Source: Eubacteriales bacterium (GTDB lineage: Bacteria > Bacillota > Clostridia > Oscillospirales > CAG-272). From it: 64,000 nucleotides of DNA. The DNA lies in contig JAZTXV010000027.1 in the NCBI GenBank assembly GCA_045636605.1, positions 15,065 to 79,064 on the forward strand, written 5' to 3'. Shown here piece by piece: positions 56,623-64,000 of the stretch (positions are counted from its first letter, which is position 1; every line of letters starts with the position of its first letter). A program made the translations under genes and the position numbers. The notes beneath the pieces are model-generated. The model had not been told where the DNA came from. It searched no databases and saw nothing but the letters and a program-made list of their open reading frames with translations.

Positions 56623-57903
56623 ATGGACGTAAACACAATGCTGAAGGGAATAAAATGTGACTCTTGCGGAAGAGAGCACAGATGCGATATTGAACACGTA
56701 ATCGTCGAAAGAGGCGCAATCGCTCACTTGACAGCTCTGTGCGAGCAATACACCTCAATTCTTATCGTAGCGGACGAAAACACAATAGGAGCAACAAACG
56801 GTGATGTTGAGCGTGCGCTCGAGGGCAAAAGCACAAAAAGCGTGATTTTCCCCGGTGACAGGATTCTTGTGCCAAACGAGGACGCAATAGCCGAGGTTAC
56901 CTCACACATAGACGGAGTCGACCTGATAGTAGGAGTAGGCTCGGGCGTTATACAGGATATCTGTAAATACGTGTCCTATTTTGAAAAAATTCCGTATATG
57001 ATAGTTGCAACCGCACCGTCAATGGACGGATACGCATCAAGTGGTGCCGCAATGATACTTAAGGGTATGAAGGAAACCGTGCCTGCGGGACTGCCCAATG
57101 CAATAATTGCCGACACAGAGGTGCTTAAAAATGCCCCTATGGAAATGATCGTTGCAGGCTACGGAGATATAATAGGCAAATATTCTGCACTCAATGATTG
57201 GTGGCTGTCCGTTGCTCTGAACGGCGAGTATTTTTGCAAATACATATCCGATATCACCTACGAAATGATAGAAAAAACCGTAAGCGTGGCTGACGGCATT
57301 TTAAAAAGGGACGAGAGTGCAATCGCAATTCTTGCCGAGGCTCTCGTGATTGTCGGTATAATGATGTCCTTTGCCACCAACTCCCGCCCCGCATCGGGCA
57401 GTGAGCATCATCTTTCTCACTTTTTCGAGATTACGGGTATTGTAAACGGCGAAAAATATCTGCCGCACGGAATAGACGTTGCTTATTCCACCGTAATCAC
57501 TGCGAGAATAAGACAAAGATTGCTTAGCGCTACACTCCCAAAGACGCAATTCTCGCCAAGCCGTGAGGAATACGTACAAAAAATAGAGCAAATTTACGGA
57601 AAAAAGGTGGGAAGCGGATGCGTTGCTCTCCAAGATAAAATGGGAAGATATCAAGCAAGTCGCCTTGAGCTTTATTCCGAAAAAAGAGAGCAAATAAACG
57701 AAATCCTTGTGCGTTGCCCATCTGCTGAAAGGGTTGAGCAAATATTGGGACTTGTTGGTCTTAATATGGACGAGTTTTATCGTACCTATACTCCCGAGAA
57801 AATCAAAAATGCAATAGCCTACGGTAAGGATTTAAAGGACAGATACACTGTTCTGTGGATGAATTACGACATTTTTGGAGAGGAAAATGAAGCTTACATA
57901 TAA
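56623..57903 (+). CDS. Iron/zinc-dependent alcohol-dehydrogenase-superfamily protein, most like bacterial sn-glycerol-1-phosphate dehydrogenase (AraM/EgsA type)
   Basis: 426 aa. GVGSGVIQDICKYVS, ATAPSMDGYASS and the metal-site-like GSEHHLSHFFE. The family was assigned from motif memory, not from a search. Confidence 0.65.
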   Translation: MDVNTMLKGIKCDSCGREHRCDIEHVIVERGAIAHLTALCEQYTSILIVADENTIGATNGDVERALEGKSTKSVIFPGDRILVPNEDAIAEVTSHIDGVDLIVGVGSGVIQDICKYVSYFEKIPYMIVATAPSMDGYASSGAAMILKGMKETVPAGLPNAIIADTEVLKNAPMEMIVAGYGDIIGKYSALNDWWLSVALNGEYFCKYISDITYEMIEKTVSVADGILKRDESAIAILAEALVIVGIMMSFATNSRPASGSEHHLSHFFEITGIVNGEKYLPHGIDVAYSTVITARIRQRLLSATLPKTQFSPSREEYVQKIEQIYGKKVGSGCVALQDKMGRYQASRLELYSEKREQINEILVRCPSAERVEQILGLVGLNMDEFYRTYTPEKIKNAIAYGKDLKDRYTVLWMNYDIFGEENEAYI

Positions 57904-58639
57904 TGATAGAATGGCAGTAGCCGCACACCGTGGAGACTCCTATAATTACTTCGAAAACACTATGACGGCATTCAAGGCGGCGTGCGAGGCGGGCGCTGAT
58001 ATGATAGAAACGGACATACATCTTTCAAGAGACGGACACCTCGTTTTAATTCACGACGATACCGTAAACCGCACCACCAACGGCAAGGGCAGAGTGAGCG
58101 AAATGACCTTTGAGGAGCTTCGCTCTCTTAACGCAGGCGATATCGGCTCTTTCGAGCATATTCCAACGCCTGAGGAGCTTTTTGAGCTTGCAGCACATAG
58201 CGGAGTAGCCCTCAATCTTGAAATCAAGGAGTATTATAGCGAGGAAAACGAGAGTCGTTGTATCGAATGTATCGAAAAAACGCTTGCATTGGTCGAAAAA
58301 TACGAAATGGCAGATAAGGTTGTAATAAACAGCTTTGATGCATGGGTGTTAGAATATGTCTATAAAAATCACGGCAAAAGGTATAAGCTTCACGGCTTTT
58401 ACCCCTATCACGAGATGTTCCACGTATCAATATGCCCCGACACGTATCTGTATTGCGCTTGCATCTTTGATAATACCGAAAAAGCTCATTACGATTATCT
58501 GATATCAAAGGGAATCGAGGCGTGGGTGGGCGCAAGCATAACCCAAAAATCACGTCTTATGCTATGCCGCAAGCTCGGTGCGACACTCATAACAACAAAC
58601 AATCCCGACGATATTCTCAAAAAGCTTGGAAGAAAATAA
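57887..58639 (+). CDS. Cytoplasmic glycerophosphodiester phosphodiesterase (GDPD family)
   Basis: 250 aa from ATG 57887 (GGAGAGG RBS). Canonical AAHRGDS...ENTMTAF, IETDIHLSRDG, LNLEIK. Overlaps the upstream gene by 17 nt. Confidence 0.85.
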   Translation: MKLTYNDRMAVAAHRGDSYNYFENTMTAFKAACEAGADMIETDIHLSRDGHLVLIHDDTVNRTTNGKGRVSEMTFEELRSLNAGDIGSFEHIPTPEELFELAAHSGVALNLEIKEYYSEENESRCIECIEKTLALVEKYEMADKVVINSFDAWVLEYVYKNHGKRYKLHGFYPYHEMFHVSICPDTYLYCACIFDNTEKAHYDYLISKGIEAWVGASITQKSRLMLCRKLGATLITTNNPDDILKKLGRK

Positions 58640-58649
58640 GAGGAATAAA

Positions 58650-59375
58650 ATGGATATAAGTAAAATCAAACTCATAGCGCTCGACCTTGACGGTACGCTG
58701 ACTCAACACAAGGAAGCATTAACACCCGAAAACAGAGCCGCACTTGATGCTCTGTCAAAAAAATATAAGCTTTTAATGGTGGGCGCAGGACAGGCAAGAC
58801 GAATTTTTAATCAAATGGGCAATTACCCCATTGATATAATAGGCAATTACGGACTACAATACGCAACCTATAACTCACAGACCGAGGATATCGAAATTGT
58901 GCGTGACCTTATCTTTGATGTCAATAAGCCCGAAATTGAGAGTAAGGTGAAATATTTCAGAGAAAAATACGGATTTAACGAATACAGGGGCGACTCTGTT
59001 GAATATCACATATCGGGCTGTATCACCTTCGCAATCCTCGGAACCAAGGCAATTCAAGCCGATAAGCTTGCCTTTGATCCCGATAGAAAAAAGCGCCGTG
59101 CTATCTACGACGAGGTGTGCGAGGCGTTTGGCGATTATAATGTTTTTGTCGGTGGCTCGTCATCCTTTGATATGTCACCTAAGCCATATAATAAATACTA
59201 TGCCCTCGACCTTTATTGCCAAGAAAACGGCATAAAGCACGACCAGGTTGTATATATCGGCGATGATTACGGCTTCGGTGGCAATGACGAGAGTGTGTAT
59301 AAATCCGATTTCAACTATTTTACAATAGACGATTACAGAGATTTTCCAACAGTGATAAAATCACTTGTCGACTAA
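58650..59375 (+). CDS. HAD-superfamily (Cof-type, IIB) phosphatase
   Basis: 241 aa from ATG 58650. DLDGTL motif I and GDDYGFGGNDES motif IV. Confidence 0.8.
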   Translation: MDISKIKLIALDLDGTLTQHKEALTPENRAALDALSKKYKLLMVGAGQARRIFNQMGNYPIDIIGNYGLQYATYNSQTEDIEIVRDLIFDVNKPEIESKVKYFREKYGFNEYRGDSVEYHISGCITFAILGTKAIQADKLAFDPDRKKRRAIYDEVCEAFGDYNVFVGGSSSFDMSPKPYNKYYALDLYCQENGIKHDQVVYIGDDYGFGGNDESVYKSDFNYFTIDDYRDFPTVIKSLVD

Positions 59376-59395
59376 ATTAAACAAAGGAGAATAAA

Positions 59396-61723
59396 ATGAA
59401 AAAGCTCAATTTTAACAAGGGATGGCTCTTTTCGCTTAATTCGGGCGAAAAATCACAGGTTGACCTACCGCACGATTTTTCCATAATACAGAAAAGAAGC
59501 GCAACCTCAAGCGCCCGTTCCTCCGGCGGATATTTTCTTGACGGTTATGGCGAATACGAAAAGACCTTCAAGGCGAGAAAAAACAAAAAATACATTCTTA
59601 TTTTTGACGGAGTGTTCGGAATTGCCGAGATATTCGTCAATGACCAAATTGCTTACACAAATAAGTACCCTTACAATAGCTTTTTCATAGACATCACCGA
59701 GTATTTAAGATATGACAGAGAAAACATCATTTCGGTAAGAGTAAACAATAAGGCACAGCCAAACGCAAGATGGTACACAGGCTCGGGACTTTACCGTGAT
59801 GTGTATCTTTGCGAGTGCAGCAGCTCCTATATTCACCCGTACGGCGTGCATATCACAACAGATGAGTTGAACGAAAAAACGGCACATCTTACTGCCGAAA
59901 TCCCATACGTGTCGGGCAAAAAGGCGCAGGGCGAGCTAACTCTCCAAATCTTTGAGGACGGAAAGCGAGCGCCCGTTTACACGGTGAAGAAATGCATCGT
60001 CGCAGACGAGGGAGAAAATAAATATACTCTTAAGCTTGCTATCAATTCCCCCAAGATTTGGGACGTAGATGCGCCGAATATGTATAGTGTTAGGACAACG
60101 CTTGAGCTTGACGGAGTGAAGGATACGGATGTCAGCGTATTCGGAATAAGAACGATACGCTTTGACACGGAAAACGGACTTCTTATAAACGGAAGGAGCG
60201 TTAAGCTTCGTGGCGGATGCGTCCACCATGACCACGGGCCAATCGGCGCTGCATCATACCCCGAGGCAGAATACCGCCGTATAGCAAGGCTTAAGGCGGC
60301 AGGCTTCAACTCAATACGTCTATCTCACAATCCTCAGTCCCCCCACCTCTATGATGCGTGCGACCGTCTTGGAATACTCGTTATCGACGAGCTGTTTGAT
60401 TATTGGACACAGGGTAAGCAGACCGACGATTTTCACCCGTTCTTTGAGGGCAACTATAAAAAATGGGTTGACCTTATCGTTCGTCGCAACAGATGCCACC
60501 CGTCAATTATAATGTGGTCAACGGGTAACGAAATTCCACAAAAGACGGGCAGAGGAAACGGCTATTTTATCGCGCGAAATATCGCCGATGCAATTCGCTC
60601 GCTTGATACGTCACGCCCCTTGACTCATGCGCTTTGCAGCCTGTGGGACAATAGCGAGGAGTTTGCTCTCGAAAATGAAACGAAGCATCTTCCCGCTACC
60701 GAAATGGATTGCTTTGCCGCAAGAACGGCACCAACCGCCGATACGGTTGATATCGTCGGCTATAACTATCTCGAATACAGAATAGACAAGGACCTTATAA
60801 GATTTCCTCAAAGGCTTATTATAAATACCGAAACATTCCCAATCTGCGCCTATTCCACTATCAAGCAGCAGCTTGCCAACCCAAGAATTTTGGGCGACTA
60901 CGTTTGGACTGCATGGGATTATTTCGGCGAAACAGGCATAGGACACGTTGATTATATGACACAGGGCGAGGGATTTAGACTTCTTGATTACCCTTATCAT
61001 ATCGCAAATTGCGGAGATATTGATATCTGCGGAGTCAGAAAGCCTCAATCCTATTACCGTGAAATTGCGTGGGAGCTTAGAGCCGAGCCGTATATTGCGC
61101 CTCGCCACCCCAAGAACACGGGAATACCGCATTTCCCAAGCGCCTGGGGCTTCTATGAATGTGAGCATAGCTGGTGCTATCCCGAATACGAGGGCAAGGA
61201 CATTGAAATCTATGTCTTTGGCGAATGTGATAAAATGGAGCTTTGGATAAACGGTACGCTCATTGACACGCTTGACCGCACCGATAACGGAGTCTATCTG
61301 TTCAAAACGCAATATCACTCCGGTAAGGTCGTTGCAAGAGCAATCTTGGGGGATAAGATATATGAGTCTGCCCTTAAAACCGAGGGCGCACCGCAAAAAA
61401 TTGCTTTGCTACCCGAAAAATCATACTTTACAAGGTCAACCAAGCGCCCCGATACTCAGATCATTTACGTTAATGTCGAAATTCAAGACGAAAACGGCGC
61501 ACTCTGCACACAGCAAGCCCCCATTATCGCCTACGAGGCGCAGGGCGCAGATATAATCGGCGTTGCAAGCGGAGATCTAACAACCGAGGAGCTTTATACA
61601 GCACCGACACACACCGCATACAAGGGAAGAAGCGTCGTTGTTTTAAGACGCCACGGCAATCAAAAAATCACCCTCACCGCCACATCACGTGCGCTTGATA
61701 GCTCGAAAATCATAATTGATTAA
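59396..61723 (+). CDS. Glycoside hydrolase family 2 (beta-galactosidase / beta-glucuronidase-like), cytoplasmic
   Basis: 775 aa. Start NKGWLF, sugar-binding domain, CHPSIIMWSTGNE acid/base motif. No signal peptide. Confidence 0.85.
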   Translation: MKKLNFNKGWLFSLNSGEKSQVDLPHDFSIIQKRSATSSARSSGGYFLDGYGEYEKTFKARKNKKYILIFDGVFGIAEIFVNDQIAYTNKYPYNSFFIDITEYLRYDRENIISVRVNNKAQPNARWYTGSGLYRDVYLCECSSSYIHPYGVHITTDELNEKTAHLTAEIPYVSGKKAQGELTLQIFEDGKRAPVYTVKKCIVADEGENKYTLKLAINSPKIWDVDAPNMYSVRTTLELDGVKDTDVSVFGIRTIRFDTENGLLINGRSVKLRGGCVHHDHGPIGAASYPEAEYRRIARLKAAGFNSIRLSHNPQSPHLYDACDRLGILVIDELFDYWTQGKQTDDFHPFFEGNYKKWVDLIVRRNRCHPSIIMWSTGNEIPQKTGRGNGYFIARNIADAIRSLDTSRPLTHALCSLWDNSEEFALENETKHLPATEMDCFAARTAPTADTVDIVGYNYLEYRIDKDLIRFPQRLIINTETFPICAYSTIKQQLANPRILGDYVWTAWDYFGETGIGHVDYMTQGEGFRLLDYPYHIANCGDIDICGVRKPQSYYREIAWELRAEPYIAPRHPKNTGIPHFPSAWGFYECEHSWCYPEYEGKDIEIYVFGECDKMELWINGTLIDTLDRTDNGVYLFKTQYHSGKVVARAILGDKIYESALKTEGAPQKIALLPEKSYFTRSTKRPDTQIIYVNVEIQDENGALCTQQAPIIAYEAQGADIIGVASGDLTTEELYTAPTHTAYKGRSVVVLRRHGNQKITLTATSRALDSSKIIID

Positions 61724-61745
61724 GACGAAATCCAAAGGAGAGTAT

Positions 61746-63752
61746 ATGAAAAAAAGGAAGGATAGCTTTTTTGGCTTGCATTTTGATTATCACGCAAATC
61801 CGCAGGATGGATTTGTTCAGGGTGCAACCCTGTGCGAGAGCGATATTCGTGAAATATGTCGCACCTTAAAGCCCGATTTCATTCAAATCGACTGTAAGGG
61901 ACATCGTGGATGGGTGTCTTATCCCACAAAAATCGGAAATGCAATGCCCGAGTTCGCTCTTGATACATTGGAGCTGTGGAGAAGAGTTACTCGTGAGGAG
62001 GACGTAGCGCTTTATATGCACTATTCGGGCGTATATGACATTAAATATTGCGCCGAAAATCCCGATCAAGCAGTTATGAATCCGGATGGAACCTTGACAG
62101 AGGGCACAACTCGTACGGACGGAAAATATGTTGATGAGCTGCTCATACCTCAAATGCTCGAGCTCGCAGGGGAATATAAGGCTAACGGTATTTGGATAGA
62201 CGGAGATTGCTGGATGGCAACCCCCGATTTTCGCCCTGAATCACTTTCAAAATTTGAAGCGGAAACGGGAATTGACCTTTGCGGCAAGCTTCCCGCTACA
62301 CCCGCCGATCCATACTATCACGAATATCGTGAATATCACAGAGAGCTTTTTCGTCGATACGTAAGGAGATATGTTGATATCGTTCACGAAAAATATCCCG
62401 ACTTTGAGATTGCATCAAATTGGGCATTTAGCGATCATATGCCGGAAAGGGTTTGCGCCAATGTCGACTTTCTGTCCGGCGACCTCAACCCCTCAAACGG
62501 CTTTAATTCGGCAAGATACGCCGCGCGTGCGCTCGCTCAGCAGGGGCTTCCGTGGGATTTAATGTCGTGGAATTTCAGACACGCCTCGGGCGCAAAAAGA
62601 GCATATGCCGTCAAGCATCCAATACAAATAATGCAGGAGGCGGCGGCCGTAATTTCGCTTGGCGGAGCATTTCAAAATTATGTACCCCAGTTAAGAGACG
62701 GCTCACCCAATATGGCGGAGCTTAGAAATTTGCTTGACGTGTCCGAGTTTGTGCGCAAAAGAAAGCCGTATTGCTTCCGCGGAAGACCGATACATCAGGC
62801 GGCGCTTTTGCTATCAACCTATGACAGATATCGTGAGGCAAAAAATCTTTTCTCACGCACGGGCTTTGAAAGGACGATGGGAGCAACTGCGCTTCTGTGT
62901 GATATAGGACAATCCCTCGAAATAGTCTGCGAGCACACTCTTGAAAAATATGTAAGCGAGTATGAAATGATAGTCGTTCCCGAGCTTAGTCACGGACTTG
63001 CTCCCGAAACGTTAGAGCTGCTCTTGACTTACGCCAAAAACGGCGGAAATCTCGTGCTAATAGGCAAAAACACCTGCAAAATCTTTGCCGAATGTGGCGA
63101 TTCACCCTTTACCGTAGAGGATTTGCCCGAGTGTGTAAATACCGAAATGCTGGAAACAGAGGACGGACACGAAAAAAACATCTCAAAAAACTATATACCA
63201 TACCTTTTCACCCTTGATAAAAACGAGCTTGGTGTCGCATTCTCTCCTTGTGAGATAATAGCAAACGATGCGCAGTCTCTCGCATTTGTTTCCAATAAAA
63301 AGCACGGGCCATATGCCCCCATGTCCGCTATAATGAACTGTGGAAAGGGAAAAATTGTAGCAATCGGCTTCGATATTGGAGAGCAATATCTCAGCTCAAC
63401 ACAGTACCTGCAAAGACGCTTGATGAGGCAAATTTCCGATATGCTTTATTCTCCAATCGTAAGGGTTGAAAAAGCCTGCGGAGTGCTTGAGGTGGTAGCG
63501 CTTGATAAGGACGGTACACTTATGATACAGCTTGTCAATGCCTGCGGAACTCACGCAAACGCCGAGTGCGCAACCGATGATCACGTGCCACCCACACTTG
63601 ATATCGAAATTTCAATTGCACTTTCCGAAGCGCCAAGCGCCCTCATTTTACAGCCTGAGGGTACCTCGCTCCCCATAGAATATAAAAACGGCAGAGCCTA
63701 CACCAAAATTCCTCGAGTAGATATTCATAGCATAATCGAGGTGCAAAAATAA
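61746..63752 (+). CDS. Uncharacterised glycoside-hydrolase-like protein (TIM-barrel-like N-terminal part plus GH42-type trimerisation-like middle domain)
   Basis: 668 aa from ATG 61746 (AAAGGAGAG RBS). Starts FFGLHFDYHANP. The segment MIVVPELSHGLAPETLELLLTYAKNGGNLVLIG resembles the class-I-GATase-like domain of GH42. The family is not securely recognised. Confidence 0.5.
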   Translation: MKKRKDSFFGLHFDYHANPQDGFVQGATLCESDIREICRTLKPDFIQIDCKGHRGWVSYPTKIGNAMPEFALDTLELWRRVTREEDVALYMHYSGVYDIKYCAENPDQAVMNPDGTLTEGTTRTDGKYVDELLIPQMLELAGEYKANGIWIDGDCWMATPDFRPESLSKFEAETGIDLCGKLPATPADPYYHEYREYHRELFRRYVRRYVDIVHEKYPDFEIASNWAFSDHMPERVCANVDFLSGDLNPSNGFNSARYAARALAQQGLPWDLMSWNFRHASGAKRAYAVKHPIQIMQEAAAVISLGGAFQNYVPQLRDGSPNMAELRNLLDVSEFVRKRKPYCFRGRPIHQAALLLSTYDRYREAKNLFSRTGFERTMGATALLCDIGQSLEIVCEHTLEKYVSEYEMIVVPELSHGLAPETLELLLTYAKNGGNLVLIGKNTCKIFAECGDSPFTVEDLPECVNTEMLETEDGHEKNISKNYIPYLFTLDKNELGVAFSPCEIIANDAQSLAFVSNKKHGPYAPMSAIMNCGKGKIVAIGFDIGEQYLSSTQYLQRRLMRQISDMLYSPIVRVEKACGVLEVVALDKDGTLMIQLVNACGTHANAECATDDHVPPTLDIEISIALSEAPSALILQPEGTSLPIEYKNGRAYTKIPRVDIHSIIEVQK

Positions 63753-63755
63753 AAC

Positions 63756-63790
63756 AAAGCCTTCTACGGCTACATACCGTAGGAGGCTTT
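63756..63790. terminator. Bidirectional terminator between convergent genes
   Basis: GCCTTCTACGG-CTACATA-CCGTAGGAGGC, 11-bp stem with one G-U pair, flanked by AAA and TTT. Confidence 0.7.
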
Positions 63791-63799
63791 AATTATGCG

Positions 63800-64000
63800 T
63801 TAGCTTAAAATTATCCGTGAGGGCGCACGCCATACGGTAATTTTCGACGAAAGAAATTCGCTCTTTGTAATGCCCTCGAGGTCGGATAGAGAGTTTATTT
63901 CCCTTTCGTCAATGGCAACAATTACATCACAGGGTAAAATACCCTTTGCCGAAGCGTCTGCGAATTGGTCAACATCGCAAACGAGAATTCCGTTATGGCC
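63800..64000 (-). CDS. 3-prime end of a CDS entering from beyond the window; C-terminal PDZ-like domain
   Basis: Hand translation of the minus strand: GHNGILVCDVDQFADASAKGILPCDVIVAIDEREINSLSDLEGITKSEFLSSKITVWRAPSRIILS, with the stop at 63800-63802. The G-I-L / GD-VI-AIDG-like pattern is typical of PDZ domains in HtrA- or S2P-type proteases. Confidence 0.5.
   Translation of the reverse strand, partial: GHNGILVCDVDQFADASAKGILPCDVIVAIDEREINSLSDLEGITKSEFLSSKITVWRAPSRIILS

Noticed and set aside
1-64000. Prophage, ICE, transposon, CRISPR-Cas, restriction-modification, toxin-antitoxin or other recognisable defence or mobile modules.
   Set aside because: No integrase, transposase, recombinase, capsid/terminase, cas, methylase-nuclease pair or small TA-like gene pair was recognisable in any frame. 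The only mobility-like trace is the tRNA-Leu duplication, which is reported separately.

Overview
This is a 64-kb chromosomal segment from a moderate/low-GC, spore-forming Firmicute. It looks Clostridia-like (cotJABC, cwlD, ricT and ymcA are present), but the exact taxon cannot be determined from the sequence alone. I count about 55 CDS and one tRNA-Leu(GAG). I see no rRNA, CRISPR array, transposase, integrase or phage genes.

Most of the window is housekeeping:
- radA, metG, rsmI, holB, gap, prfA, tsaC, miaB, mutS, mutL, tgt and coaE.
- A LysR-nadK-nfnAB cluster and cobB.
- Gene order partly mirrors the Bacillus subtilis origin-proximal block (holB-yaaT-...-yabC...metS-yabD) and the ymcB-ymcA-mutSL block.

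Accessory content:
- A 3-TM BspA-type LRR protein plus a polytopic membrane protein, inserted in the conserved block.
- A 1276-aa secreted beta-helix/LRR protein and an S1C protease lipoprotein. Both carry the same roughly 40-aa Cys-rich module, which I cannot name.
- A LysR-regulated orphan DctM-like permease next to GH30 and an exported GDPD.
- A PTS (HPr-like/EIIA/EIICB) followed by an operon encoding a putative sn-glycerol-1-phosphate dehydrogenase, GDPD, HAD phosphatase, GH2 and an uncharacterised glycosidase-like protein.

Nucleotide-level oddities:
- A perfect 56-bp duplication of the tRNA-Leu 3-prime end plus its terminator, 190 bp apart.
- A G10 tract between two TTTGTGCAA boxes just upstream of the surface-protein promoter.
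- Two identical 24-bp palindromic terminators 27.7 kb apart.
- A 55-aa ferredoxin gene missed by the ORF track.

I found no clear-cut novel defence or mobile system. The most promising candidates for new biology are the PTS/G1P-dehydrogenase/GDPD/glycosidase locus and the shared extracellular Cys-rich module. All functional calls rest on by-eye motif recognition; no searches were run.
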